Source of the DNA: Hemiscyllium ocellatum
Lineage: Eukaryota
Length of the DNA stretch: 64,000 bases
Assembly (NCBI RefSeq): GCF_020745735.1
Contig: NC_083430.1
Span: forward strand, 52,691,375-52,755,374
Direction: 5' to 3'
The notes beneath the pieces were generated by a model, which was given only the letters and a program-made list of their open reading frames with translations, was not told the origin of the DNA and did no database searches. Shown here one piece after another: positions 10,041-23,736 of this stretch (position 1 is the stretch's first letter; every line of letters begins with the position of its first letter). The position numbers and the translations under genes were made by a program.

Positions 10041-11735
10041 GTAAGTTAACCTGTGTAACCTCTACTGTTGGTACTCTCAACCTCCTGTATGCCTTTGGAA
10101 CACAATGCTGAACCCCTCCATCTTGAGTGCTCTACATTGGATATCTCTAATCCACTGGGGTCTGGGTCAGAGATAAACAGGAGCTAAAAATAGTTCAGCT
10201 GGCAGTCTATTTGCTCCTTTTCGTTTCCAGGCCATTTTTCCTTTTTTCTTTTTTCTTTGCAGAGGTCGGTTTGGGAGCATGCTATGGTAGATAGGCTTTT
10301 CCACAAACTCTTCTACATCTAAATAACTGAGCCAATGGAAGGAAGCCACCTCGGTTTTTCTAGTTTGTTCCAGATGGTTTGTGGTGGTGGGGGATGTTTA
10401 CTGCAGAAACTACCCTGGTGCATTCTCAAAAATAAAAACTGTCAGTTCTATTTCGGACTGTTTCTGTTCCACATTGCTTTCCATTTTAGAAGTTTAAACA
10501 GCTGCATCTTGTTCAGTTTTAGCTTTGCAATTTTTCATTCTTGGTTTATCAAAATTCTTCATTCACTTTGAAGCCAATCATACAAGAATTTTATGTTTTA
10601 TTTTCAAAAGAGGGCACTCCTCACTTATGTCAAGCTTCCTTTTAGTGCTCTGTAGTTTAGGTAATTAGTGGCTTGTCCTCATCTCTCCCATACTTGCTCA
10701 CCTGTTTTTAGTCACCTCAGTACCTCCAATTTAAAGATTCCATCTTTGTTTTAAGTCCCTCCCTTGCTCTGCATTGCTGCGGATCCTGGAAGCCCATGAA
10801 TTCCTCACGGCATTGCTGCTAGTGGATTTCCCTCCCTAGGTCCACCTGTTTAAATCAATGATCCTTTACCCATGCGCCCGAATATTTCTTTGCAGATGTC
10901 AGTCATGCTTCAGTGATAGACGGTTATGATTCAAATCCACTCAAACGCTTTGAGCAACAAATCTTCGTTGATAGTTCCAAACAGTACTCTGAGCTGAGTT
11001 GTTAGACATGTTGTATTTTAATTGAGACATTAAGCCAAAACCCCTTTTGAGGCTGTTTCCTCCGACAGATGAATGAGATCCCATGGTACTATTGTGAAGT
11101 GGAACTGGGGAAGTTATTCCCAAAGTGTTGGTTGTTGTTATCCTTCAAACAACATCATTAAGAAAAACAAGTTATCTGGTCATCATCTAACCATTGTTAG
11201 TGGGAACTTGCTGTATGCACACTGGTCACTGAATTTCCTTAATCACAAGTGATTGCACATCAATAACACTGCGTTAGCTGAAAATATGCTTTCATAATGA
11301 GAAACACCATAAAAACAAAATGCCTTTCTGGCTGATTGTACAATCTGAAGTGCCTTGGGATTTGTTTTCTACATTTAAAGGTGCTGTATTAACGCAGCTG
11401 TCTTTGTTCCTGATTTTAGTCGTAGAATCATAGAAATGTAGAGCATAGAAACAGACCCTTTGGTCCACCTCGTCCATGCCACCCAGATATCCTAACCTAA
11501 TCTAGTCCTATTTGCCAGCATTTTGACCCGTATTGCTCTAATCCTTCCCATTCATATACCTTCCCAGATGCCTTTTAAGTATTGTAGTATCTATAAACAA
11601 TATCTTAAACTAAACCCATCAATATGATCAATTTGGTATGATGGGGTGTATTTTAAAATATCAGCAAATGAAAAAACAAACTAGCACTGAAACTACTGCT
11701 ACAATGTTCAGTGGTTATCTTTCATTTTTTTACAG

Positions 11736-11872
11736 AAACGAAAACTGCTGAAGTTTGTACAAGAAACCGATGGTCGATTACAGTCCCTCTCCTTCTGACT
11801 GAATTTATAATTATTTTAATTCTGGTTCTTCAGTTGAAAATCAAACAAAAACAATTCTGCAGCGTGAAATGA
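11736..11872 (+). CDS. B7-family gene, stalk/TM/short tail terminal exon
   Basis: TTTTTTACAG acceptor, phase 1: ETKTAEVCTRNRWSITVPLLLTEFIIILILVLQLKIKQKQFCSVK*. Total CDS 852 nt = 283 aa. Confidence 0.8.
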
Positions 11873-12213
11873 TGGAATATTCAGGAAGAGAATGTGTAAA
11901 GTTTCTGCTTGGCTCACGCAGCCCTGAAATATCATTTTTAACTCTTTAAACAGCTCTTCATCAGATGCCAGCAGTTCCAGGAAAGGGAATTTTATCAGTA
12001 AGGTTGAACTGAGTTGATCCCTTTGGGACATACAAGACTGAGGAGAAATTTGACATAGGAGTATGCGAATGATGGATTTAGTAAGGTAGGCAAGAAATGT
12101 TGTCCTCAGGACCTGATGGTAAAAGAGGGAGACATTGGAGAATCACACATTTGAGATTTTGAATAAGGAATGCTCAAATAGATTTATTGAAATGTCTTAA
12201 TGCCTTTAATTGG

Positions 12214-12266
12214 AATAAAATTTTATATATGAGCATAATAATTACCGTCTGATAAAATGTAATAAA
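12214..12266 (+). terminator. Polyadenylation signals of the B7-family gene
   Basis: AATAAA at 12214 and 12261, about 340-390 nt after the stop. Confidence 0.5.
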
Positions 12267-13702
12267 ATGTTATTACAATCCACAGCTGTACTGTTGTTAA
12301 TGTCATGCTTTGTGTGCCTAGTGCTTTAAACTGAGCATGATCTCCTTCTACCCAGACGCCTTGGTTTTGGAAACCATGCTTCTTAAGTTAATCTGCTGGC
12401 TGGGGATTATATTCCTGTATATTTATATTATGGGTGCTTTTTGTTTTGGCTAGGGCTGCTAAGATTGGATGTGTGGCTATCCCACCAGCTTCTCACTCAC
12501 CTTGTTATGGACCAGACCAGACCCCTTTAGAATATTTTAAGAAGATAGCCTAGACTCTAAATTATTTTCTTATTTTAAAGATAGATGTGAAGTGCTGTGC
12601 CCCAGATGTGATGTGACAATTTAAACTACTTGACGTTAAGCAAAACACAATTTATTTAAAGACCATAGATAAAATACAAACTAAAGAATGTGGAATTTAG
12701 AATAATGTAACTACTGGAAAACTTAACCAAATAATAGATACAGTACCTGTTGCTAATTAACTGTTCCAGTATAGTAACATCCCATAAACACACCCTTGGC
12801 AAAAAGGTAAATTCAGACACAGATTCTCACATGTAGCAGCTAGGAATCATTGACAAAAGACCCTCCTCTTCTGGAAAGAACTTCTGTCTGCTACAGCTTC
12901 AAAAAAAATGAGAGAGCCTGATCTGGGAGAACTGGCCAATCCCCTTCAGTTGTTCGAACTCTGTAAACAAAATTAAAGAACATCAAAGTCATAGACTCAA
13001 GCTGTCTTCAGTTGCCACTCTGCCTTTATAATTACTGCTCAAAATAAAATCCAGGATAAAGTGAGCTTTTTTAAAGTGACAGATCTTTCACAAACCCCTG
13101 TGGTTATGGGGTGGGGTTGAGTAGGTGCTGAAGCTAGCAGTCTGCCCCACCAGCAGAGATAACTAGTTAATGGAGCTGGTTAAAAGCTGAACTGTGCACC
13201 ATATTACACTGCCTGCTTCATCATATGGTTAGCATCAACAGTCAGGTGGGAGCCTTTTTTTGGTATTTAAACATTTAAAAGGCATCTGGATGTGGACATG
13301 AATAAGAAGGGTTTTGATGGATATGGCACAAATAGGACTAGATTGGGATATCTGGTCAACATGGACGGGTTGGGCTGAAGGATCTGTTTCTGTGCTGTGC
13401 ATCTCTATGACTCCATGAAAATGAGGTACTATTTTCAGAGGATGTCCATTGCTCATTGAGAAGATAGAACATTACCTTTGTTGCTACCTGCCCCCTTATT
13501 CCCAAAGGCAGGCAAAACATCCTTTCACCAAGCCCCTGATCAACTGAGCTTGGGCTCCCACTAGGTCTCCTCCCTGGCCAATCTACAGGGTGAATGTCCC
13601 ATGACTGAGGGGCAGAACTTCGACTTTACATTACTTTAGCTGCCTGCAGTGCATTATAGCCATCAATAGGCGTGCCCTTTCATCTTTTGGCTCATTGATG
13701 AC

Positions 13703-15060
13703 TTTTTTTTAATTTCAAGAATATACTTTATTCATAAAAACATCTTCATTGTCACAAATGCCGTTCGATTCCCATACAGTAGCCGATCAAGAAAAGAAAC
13801 AAGTACTGGAATTGACAATTCAAACAAACTAAAGATCTCCCTTACATATACAAGACTATATTTACATGTGGGTCTAATAACAGAATGGGCCCTCAATTAA
13901 CTGCCCCAGGCTTTAGTGGGTCCTTCAGCACATAGTCCTGGACCTTGGAATGTGCCAGCCTGCAACATTCAATTGAGTTCAACTCTTTGTTCTGAAAGAC
14001 CAACAAATTTCGGACAGAACAAAGAACAATGCAGCACAGGAACAGGCCCTTCAGCCCTCCAAGCCTGCGCTGGCACATTTTACCCTTCCATACTAAAACT
14101 GCCTTCCCTTACAGGATCCGTATCCCTCTATTCCCTTCCTATTCATGTATTTGTCCAGGTGTTTTTTGAATGCCGCTTTTGTGTCTGCTTTCCATCACCT
14201 GAAGAAGGGTTACACCCAAAACGTTGACTTGTCCACCTCTTGATGCTGCCTGGCATGCTGAGGTTCTTCCAGCCTCCTGTCTATTTTGGATTCCAGCATC
14301 TGCAGTATTTTTTGTTTCTCTTTAGCACCTTCACTAGCAGTGTGTTCCACCTTTTGTGTGAAAAATTTGCCATGCACATCTCTTTTAAACATCTCCCCCA
14401 CCTCGCACCTTGAATTCATATTCTTAGTAATTGACCCCTCCACCTTGGGAAAAGGCCTAACATATTCCAATCTATCCATGCCATTCGCAATCTTATAAGC
14501 TTCTATCAGATCACCCCCCCTCCACCCCCCCCAATTCCTGCATTCCAATGAAAACAAACACAGTCTATCCAACTTTCTTTAGAGCTAAAATCCCCAATAC
14601 CAGGCACCATCCTGGTAAACCTTTTCTGTACCCTCTCCAAAACGTCCACATCCTTCTGGCAGCATGGTGACCAGAACTGTACACAAAAAATGTCTTTCAC
14701 CGAGTTGATGGTCCTCCAGGTGCAGTTGATGTTTGTCCCAATGTGCATCTCGGGGAATGTGGAGCATGAAGTCCCGTGTCATGGACCTGCTCGGGATGGA
14801 CCTCGATAAAAAAAACCACTGCATCTTCCTTCAGACTCGCTTTGCAAGAGCACATTCAGAAGGAGATGTGTCACATAGTCTACCCCCGTCCCACAGCTGC
14901 TATGAGGGCAGCATGCGGGCAGTGCCCTTCTCACCACCAGCCAAGCAATGTCTTGGAGCTTGTTGGAAAGTTCTGGTGATGAGGCATTCTGCCAAAGGAC
15001 TTTGACAGTCTGCTCAGGGAACCAACCAACAGGATCCACCCTCTCCTTTTCCTACACGGT
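13703..15060 (-). mobile_element. Nested LINE cluster: Tx1/L1-like 3' fragment interrupted by CR1 fragments and a mini-PLE
   Basis: KLQDIAWLVVRRALP (14779-15039) and ECCRLAHSKVQDYVL (about 13920-13970) segments; poly(T) plus TTTATT at about 13703-13732; CR1 motifs CVQFWSP..RFTRMVP at 14340-14685. Confidence 0.6.
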
Positions 15061-16934
15061 CTCATTCCAAGGCTGGGAGGGGGGTGGGGCAGCAGCAGGA
15101 GCTGTCTGTTTAGAAACTGTGAGCAGAGCTGTTGGGTGGAATATTAATTCTCCATGGTCACTGGGTAGCTCAAACCAGGCTTAGATTCCTTAGTAATACA
15201 ACAAAAATGCTGCAAATCCTGGAAATCAAAAATGAAAACAGAAAGCATCTGCGGAGCATTGAAAAACAAGAGTATTTTTTTCCCTTGACTTATTCCTATG
15301 CCAGCCTGGGACACTAAGGGAATGAAACAGCCACTCCAATTAGAAAGTTGAACCAGGTGCATTTTGCAATGGCCCAGTTGTGTACTCCAGAAATAGAGGG
15401 AGAGAGTGGCATAATTTTAAAATAAAGGGAGGTATGAAATGTTTTTTCTTAAAAACTCAGTGGGGTCCTCCATATACTTGACCTGCAACCACCAAGATTT
15501 ATGAATCAAATAGATCGATTTTATGAATGCTTAACCAACAACAAAGGGAACTCAGAAATGTCTTATCTCGGGTGTATGCTCCTTTGAAAGTTGTTAGTTC
15601 AGGTACATTCTTCTGTCTCTGAAGAGATGTTATGTTGATCTGCATCTCAGAGGGATTATACCACTGAAGTCATGCCAATATTGTGCCACAGAACAATTCC
15701 TTCAATACAGGAACATAGGAACAGGAGAATGCCATTCAGCTCCTCGAGCCTGTTTCAATGTCAATGAGAAACATGATCACTCTGTGGTCTAACTCTCCAT
15801 GTACCTGCCTTTAGCCCATATCCCTTTATACCTTTGCTTTACAAAACACATCTCTCTAAGATTTAATATTAGCAACTGACCCAGCATCCACTGCAATTTC
15901 TGGAAGAGAGTTCCAAACCCCTCCTACCCTTTGTGTGTAAAACTGTTTCCTAACATCTCCTGACCATTCTGGCCCTAATTCTCAGACTGTGCCTCCGAGT
16001 TCTAGAATCTCCAAACAATGGAAAATGGCTTATCTATCTAGTTAATAGCTTGAAGACTTTGATCAGATTACCCCTTAACCGTCCAATGTCTAACAATAAC
16101 AGGCTTCATTGTATATGCCTCCTCATGACTGAACCACTGAAGTCCATTCTTAGAAACAATTTTTCATCTTCCATTCGGAGGGATTTCTTCATTAGGAGAT
16201 GACTCAAACTATCTTCATCTGTTGGTTTTACAAGCAGTGCATCAGGTGTCACCCCACCTCTAGCGTATAAGCGAAACAAATTCTTCATTGTGTCAACAAC
16301 TGACACTCTTAGTTGTACAAGAATTGTACAAACAACATTACGTCCTCTCACCAATGATCCAAACTGTTGTAAAATCATTCATCTCCCACCCCAGAAACAG
16401 TAAACTGCACTGAAGACCTGCTCAAAGCATTCAGTTCTGAAGAACAGTCACAGGGCCTGAAATATTGACTCTGATTTCTCTCCATAGATGCAATTGGTCT
16501 TGTTGAGTTTCTCTACCAATATCTGTTTTGGTTTCACATTTCCAGCATTTGGAGTTCTTTGTTTTATTTCACAAAGCCAGCATGCAGGTAATGCAAGGAA
16601 TCTCTTTTCTAGATATCACAAATCTAATTTGACCAATCTCACCATATTTTTCCAACTGACTCATCATTGTCCACACTGTTCAGGGGCTCGGAAAGTTCTG
16701 CCCATGGAGTCTACGCCCTACCTCCTTCACAGACTGACTTCCCATCCCCGTCTGCAATCTTTTGAACTGCTCTTCAATGACACCCCACCCCTACCCCCGA
16801 GTGAACTATTGGAAAGCTTGCAATTAGCTCCTCCCATCCTGCTGGGCAGAATTGAGTGTTGGCCCCCAGCAATTTTTGGCACAGGGTGTTCCTGAACGTT
16901 ACCAGTGATAGATGGCTGACTTGATCAGTGAAGA

Positions 16935-17104
16935 TGTGGAGGCACTGGTATTGGACAGGGGTGGACAGAGATACAAATCACACAACACCAGGTTATAGTC
17001 CAACAGGTTTATTTGGAAGCACTAGCTTTCGGAGCTCTGAAAGCTGGCACTTCCAAGTAAACCTGTTGGACTATAACCTGGTGTTGTGTGAGTTTTAATT
17101 TTGC
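16935..17104. mobile_element. Palindromic PLE-derived mini-element (AGCT hammerhead family, core truncated)
   Basis: Inverted arms CACAACACCAGGTTATAGTCCAACAGGTTT; TSD TCAGTGAAGA at 16925-16934 / 17105-17114. Confidence 0.7.
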
Positions 17105-17619
17105 TCAGTGAAGAAAAGGTTATAATTAAAGGATTTCTTCAAAGCGAAGGATGTGGAAGGAACAAACAGCAGGACAGGGTCCTGGCTTCTCTTGAATTTA
17201 GGCACAATTACACTTTAAGGCTTAATTTAACAATACCAGGGTTTGGCAAATCTTGCTTACTTTGAAATACAGCAATAAAGGGTAACATTGGTTGCCAGGG
17301 TTGGTGGGTCTGAGCTATAGCAAGCAGCTGAATAGGCTGGGGTTGTTTTCTTCTGTAGAGTCGGATGCTAGAGGGGACCTTATAGAGGTTCATAAAATCA
17401 TGAGGGGCATGGATTGGGTAAATAGACAAGGTCTTTTCCCCAGGGTAGGGGAGTTCAAAACTAGATGGCAGAGGTTTAGGGTGAGAGGGGAAAGATTTAA
17501 AAGGGACCTAAGGGATAACATTTCCACGCAGAGGATGGTGTGGGTATGAAATGAGTTGCCAGAGGAAGTAGTGCAGGCTGGTACAATTACAACATTTAAA
17601 AGGTATTGTAGGCTGGATG

Positions 17620-20600
17620 GCAAGGCTAGATCACATGGAATAAAGGGAGAACTAGCCATTTGGACACAGAATTGGCTCAAAGGTAGAAGGCTGCCTTTCA
17701 GACTGGAGGCCTGTGACCAGTGGTGTGTCACAAGATTTATAGAACATAGAACATAGAAGGATACAGCGCAGTACAGGCCCTTCGGCCCTCGATGTTGCGC
17801 CGACCGAATCCTACCTAACCTATACTAGCCCAATAACTTCCAAATGCCTATCCAATGCCCGCTTAAATGACCATAAAGAAGGAGAGTTCACCACTGATAC
17901 GGGCAGGGCATTCCATGAACTCACAACCCGCTGTGTGAAGAATCTACCCCTAACATCTGTCCTATACCTTCCACCCCTTAATTTAAAGCTATGTCCCCTA
18001 GTAACACCTGACTCCATTAGCGGTAAAAGGTTCTTAGTATCTACCCTATCTAAACCCCTAATCATCTTATACACTTCTATCAGATCTCCCCTAAACCTTC
18101 TCTTCTCCAATGAGAACAGCCCCAAGTGCCTCAGCCTTTCCTCATAAGATTTTCCTACCATTCCAGGCAACATCCTGGTAAACCTCCTCTGCACTCGTTC
18201 TAAAGCTTCCACATCCTTCCTATAGTATGGCGACCAAAACTGCACACAATACTCCAGATGAGGCCTCACCAGAGTCTTATACAACTGCAACATGACCTCA
18301 GGACTCCGGAACTCAATTCCTCTGCCAATAAAGCCCAGTACACCATATGCCTTCCTCACAGCACTATTTACCTGGGTGGCAACTTTCAGAGATCTGTGTA
18401 CATGGACACCAAGATCCCTCTGCTCATCCACACTACCAAGTAGCCTACCATTAGCCCAGTAATCCATCATCTTGTTATTCCTACCAAAGTGAACGACTTC
18501 GCACTTAGCTACATTGAATTCCATTTGCCACATTTCCGCCCAGCTCTGCAACTTATCTATATCCCGCTGTAACCTACCACTTCCTTCCTCACTATCCACA
18601 ACTCCACCGACTTTTGTGTCATCCGCAAACTTGCTTACCCAGCTTTCAAGTCCTTCCTCTAGATCATTTATAAAGATAACAAAAAGCAATGGTCCCAAAA
18701 CAGATCCTTGTGGTACACCGCTAGTAACTGCGCTCCAAGATGAACATAATCCATCAACTACTACCCTCTGTCTCCTTCCAGCCAGCCAATTCCTAATCCA
18801 AACCTCTAATGTATCCTCAATGCCATACCTCCGTAGTTTTAGCATTAGCCTACCATGGGGAACCTTATCGAACGCCTTACTAAAATCCATATACACAACA
18901 TCTACTGCTTTACCCTCGTCCACTTCCTTAGTCACCTTCTCAAAGAACTCAATAAGGTTTGTGAGGCACGACCTGCCCTTCACAAAACCATGCTGGCTAT
19001 CCCTGATCACGTTATTCCTACCCAGATGTTCATAAATCTTATCCCTTACCATTCTCTCTAAGACTTTGCCCACCACTGAAGTCAGACTCACTGTGGGTTT
19101 GTTGTGGGTTCACTGCTTTTCATCATTTACGTAAGTATTTTGAAGTGAGCATAAGAGATATAGTTAGTAAGTTTGCAGATGACATCAAAATTGGAGGTGT
19201 AGTAGATAGCGAAGAAGGTAACCTCAGAGTACAATGGGATTTTGATTAGATAGGCCAATGGGCTGAGGTGCGGCAGGTGGAGTTTAATTTAGATAAATGT
19301 GAGGTGCTGCATTTTGGAAAGGTACATCAGGACATGACTTATATACTTAATGATTAGGTGCTGGGGAGTGTTACTGAACAAAGAGACCTTTGAGTGCAGG
19401 TTCATAGTTTCTTGAAAATTGAGTCACAGGTAATAGGATGCTGAAGAAGGTGTTTGGCTTGCTTGCCTTTATTGGTCAGTACATTGAGTCTCCAGTTGGG
19501 AGATCATGTTTAGGCTTTACAGGAAATTGGTTAGGCCACTTTTGGAATATAGTACTGTGTACAGTTCAGGTCTCCTTCCTAAAGGAAAGATGTTGTGAAA
19601 CTTGAAAGAATTCAGAAAAGATTTACAAGAACATTGCCAATGTTGGAGGGCTTGAACTATAGGGAGAGGCTGAATAGGCTGAGGCTTTTTTCCCTGGAGT
19701 GTTGGAGCTGAGGGGTGATCTTATACAAGTTTATAAAATCATGAAGGCCTGAGATAAATGAACAAGGTCTTTTCCCCAGGTTAAAGGAGTCCAAATCTAG
19801 AGAACATAGATTTAAGGTGAGGGAAAAGATTTAAAAGGGTGCTAAGAGCTGCCAGAGAAAGTGGTGGAGGCTGGTACAATTATGACATTTAAAAGGCATC
19901 TGGATGGGTACATGAATATGAAGGCTTTCAAGGGATATGGGCTAAATGTTGGCAAATGGGACTATATTTATTTAGGATATCTGGTCGGCATGGACAAGTT
20001 GGACCAAAGGGTTGGTTCCCATACTGTACAGCTCTCTGACTCTATGACTCTGTTGGCTTGCTCCTGATTAACCAGCTGAATATTTACCCAAAAGGTCTCC
20101 TGTTAAAGAGTTATCTCCAATACCGTTTGTGCATCAAGTCAAATTCAAGGTACCTATAAATTCAAATCAGAAGTTGCCTGTGTCAATTCAGTATCTGCAG
20201 ATTGTAGTGCCTACTGATCACAGGGGACCATGAGCAGGACCATGGATACTGGATGTTCTTTCTCCAGGGCCACTTTCTTTCGGAGTGATTGACGAGAATG
20301 GGCCAGTAGTCTGAGGAATTTAGAAGAACGAGAGGCCATCGAAATATTTATTGTACATTGGGCACATTCCACGAGGCTGTTTGCCCTTGGCTGGGGAACA
20401 GAGGACTGCAAACAACAGCATCAGGATGATGTTTGGCCATTTGGAATGAGGAGGAAGACATTCACTCAAGGGATTGTGCAGCTCTGGAAATCAATCCCCA
20501 CCCCCACATAGATATAGGAGTTCAGCCTTCGACTGTAAGCAAGCGTGAAATAAATTACATTTTAGAATTGATAACAAGAGGATCCAGTGGGAGAGTGGAA

Positions 20601-21190
20601 CAGAGGAATGACTGGATGTGTCCCTGTTTACTACTATCTGCCTGAAACTCTTGCAAAGTGCTTTACTGTACCTAGATACATGTAACTACAGTAAAATACA
20701 TCAAACTAAATCGCTGGCAAAACAGTTTCACAGGGTCACTTGATTTTCTTCTCTTACCTTCTCTGTTTTTATGACTCATGATTAATCACTTATGAGTAAC
20801 AAGTAAGAAGATAAATATTTTAAAATTTTAACTAGTTTCATCAACATTATTTAAGATGAGTAGTATTACATCAGACAGATAATCTTGGCATGTAATGGAA
20901 TGAGACCTTACTGGGAATAGATGGGAGCGTGAAATTCAAAACACAAACACATCAGCAATGTGATCTTATTAACTCAAGGATCAGGCTCAAGGGACCAAAT
21001 GGTTTTCCCCTACTATACTTGCTGTTATTTTACATGTTGGTGTGTATTAATAAACAGTTCAAAATTACTCGGTTGTGTTTTGGACAAGTGAAACTTAAAT
21101 GATGTGGACCGGAATTGGTTTCTGTCTGGTGACTAACAGCAGTTCATCGTGAGCTTTTTTTCCCTAATCAGCTGATATTCCTGACATTCA
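17620..21190 (+). repeat. Tandem duplication copy 1 (old CR1 3' half plus about 1.1 kb unique sequence)
   Basis: Colinear with 21220-25449; both copies share a deletion in the CR1 tail and both end at CTGACATTCAG. Confidence 0.8.
17739..19091 (-). mobile_element. Young 5'-truncated CR1 LINE with uninterrupted 423-aa RT ORF, inserted in an older CR1
   Basis: ORF 17820-19091: QHGFVKGRSCLTNL, YMDFSKAFDKVPH, GVPQGSVLGP, KFADDTK; (TTCTATG)n 3' tail on the minus strand. Confidence 0.95.
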
Positions 21191-21701
21191 GGATGGAGTA
21201 AATGCATGGCAGGCCGGTTAGCAAGATTAGATCACATGGAATACAGAAAGAACTATCCATTTAGATGCAGAATTGGCTCAAAGGTAAAAGACACAGGGTG
21301 TTGGTGGAGGGTTGCTTTCAGACTGGAGGGCTGTGACCAGTGGACTGTCACAAGGATCAATGTTTTCGTCATTTATATAAGTATTTTGGATGTGAACATA
21401 CAAGGTATAGTTAGTAAGTTTGCAGGTGACATCAAAATTGGAGGTGAAGTGGACATTGAAAAAGGCTACCTCAGAGAACAATAGGATTTTGATCAGATGG
21501 GCCAATGGTCTAAGGTGCGGCAGGTGGAGTTTAATTTAGATAACTGTGAGGTGCTGCATTTTGGAAGGTACACCAGGGTAGGACTTATAAACTTAATAGT
21601 AAGGTGCTGGGGAGTGTTACTGAGCAAAGGGACCTTTAAGTGCAGGTTCATAGTTCCTTGAAAATTGAGTCATGGGTAATATGATAGTGAAGAAGGCGTT
21701 T

Positions 21702-23405
21702 CTGAAAATGTGTTGCTGGAAAAGCGCAGCAGGTCAGGCAGCATCCAAAGAGCAGGAAAATCGGCGTTTTGGGCATAAGCCCTTCTTCAGGAATGAGGAA
21801 AGTGTGTCCAGCAGGCTAAGATAAAAGGTAGGGAGGACGGTCTTGGGGGAGGGGCATTGGAAATGTGATAGGTGGAAGGAGGTCAAGGTGAGGGTGATAG
21901 GCCGGAGTGGGGTGGGGGCGGAGAGGTCAGGAAGAAGATTGCAGGTTAGGAAGGCAGAGTTCGAGGGATTTGACTGAGACAAGGTGGGGGGAGGGAAAAT
22001 GAGGAAACTGGAGAAATCTAGGTTCATCCCTTGTGGTTGGAGGGTTCCAAGGCGGAAGATGAGGCACTCTTCCTCCAGCCGTCGTGTTGCTATGGTCTGG
22101 CGATGGAGGAGTCCAAGGACCTGCATGCCCTTGGTGGAGTGGGAGTTGGAGTTGAAGTGTTGAGCCACGGGGTGGTTGGGTTGGTTGGTCCGGGTGTCCC
22201 AGAGGTGTTCCTGAAACATTCTGCAAGTAGGCGGCCTGTCTCCCCAATATAGAGGAGGCCACATCGGGTGCAGCGGATGCAGTAAATGACGTGTGTGGAG
22301 GTGCAGGTGAATTTGTGGTGGATATGGAAGGATCCCTTGGGTCTTTGGAGGGAAGTAAGGGGGGAGGTGTTGGCGCAAGTTTTGCATTTCTTGCGGTTGC
22401 AGGGGAAGGTGCTGGGAGTGAAGGTTGGGTTGGTGGGGGGTGTGGACCTGACGAGGGAGTCACAGAGGGAGTGTTTGGGAATGCTGTTTGGGATGGGGAG
22501 GAAAATATATCTCTGGTGGTGGGGTCCGTTTGGAGGTGGTGGAAATGACAACGGATGATACGATGTATGTGGAGATTGATGGGGTGGACGGTGAGGACCA
22601 GTGGGGTTCTGTCCTGGTGGCGATTGGAGGGGCGGGGCTCAAGGGCAAAGGAGCGGAAAGTGGAGGAGATGCGGTGGAGGGCATCATCGATCACGTCTGG
22701 GGGGAAATTGTGGTCTTTGAAGAAGGAGGCCATTTGGGTTGTACAGTATTGGAACTGGTCCACCTGGGAGCAGATGCGGCGGTGACGAAGGAATTGGGAG
22801 TATGGGATGGCATTTTTACAGGGGGCAGGGTGGGAGGAGGTGTAGTCTAGGTAGCTGTGGGAGTCGATCAGTTTGTAGTAAATGTCTGTGTTGATTCGGT
22901 CGCTCGAGATAGAAATGGAGAGGTCTAGGAAGGGGAGGGAGGAGTCTGAGATGGTCCAGGTAAATTTGAGGTCGGGGTGGAAGGTGTTGGTAAAGTGGAT
23001 GAACTGTTCAACCTCCTCGTGGGAGCACGAGGCAGCACCGATACAGTCATCGATGTAGCAGAGGAAAAGGTGGGGGGTGGTGCCAGCGTAGCTGCGGAAG
23101 ATGGGCTGTTCCACATATCCTACGAAGAGGCAGGCATAGCTGGGGCCCATGCGGGTGCCCATGGCAACTCCTTTGATTTGGAGGAAGTGGGAGGATTGGA
23201 AAGAGAAGTTGTTCAGGGTGAGGACCAGTTCAGTCAACCGAAGGAGGGTGCCAGTGGAAGGGTACTGGTTGGTGCGGTGGGAAAGGAAGAAGCAGAGGGC
23301 TTTGAGTCCTTCGTGATGGGGGATGGAGGTGTACAGGGACTGGATGTCCATGGTGAAGATAAGGCATTGGGGACCGGGGAATAGAAAATCATGGAGGAGG
23401 TGGAG
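21702..23405 (-). mobile_element. Penelope-like element 3' half: RT, GIY-YIG endonuclease and terminal repeat with mutated hammerhead
   Basis: MDIQSLYTSIPH, GVAMGTRMGPSYA, YIDD, PFLD; VIYCIRCTRCGLLYIGETGR (GIY-YIG) in a shifted frame; CTGAAGA-AGGGCTTATGCCC-AAAACGCC at about 21763-21790 (-). Confidence 0.93.
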
Positions 23406-23544
23406 TTGCCTTTAGTGGTCAATGCATTGAGGAAATGCGTTGGGAGGTCATGTTGTGGATGTACAGGACGTTGGTTAGGCCACTTTTGGAATATTGTTAC
23501 CATTTGTGCCTCTCTGCAATAGGAAAGATGTTGTGAAACTTGAA

Positions 23545-23736
23545 TTGGAGATGCAGTGTTGGACTGGGGTGTACAAAGTTAAAAATCACACAACACCACG
23601 TTATAGTCCAACAGGTTTAATTGGAAGCACTAGCTAGAGGAGCGACACTCTTTCATTAGGTGATTGTCACTCCAAAAGCTAGTGTGCTTTCAATTAAACC
23701 TGTTGGACTATAACCTGATGTTGTGTGATTTTTAAC
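23545..23736. mobile_element. Palindromic PLE-derived mini-element in CR1
   Basis: 13-bp TSD TGTGAAACTTGAA (23532-23544 / 23737-23749); inverted arms; absent from duplication copy 1. Confidence 0.8.

Noticed and set aside
11858-11869. C-terminal CSVK as a CaaX prenylation signal
   Set aside because: A terminal Lys is atypical for prenyltransferase substrates and the protein already has a TM anchor.
18514-23384. Plus-strand ORFs of 120-173 aa opposite the CR1 and Penelope RT frames
   Set aside because: Antisense shadow ORFs of retroelement coding sequence.
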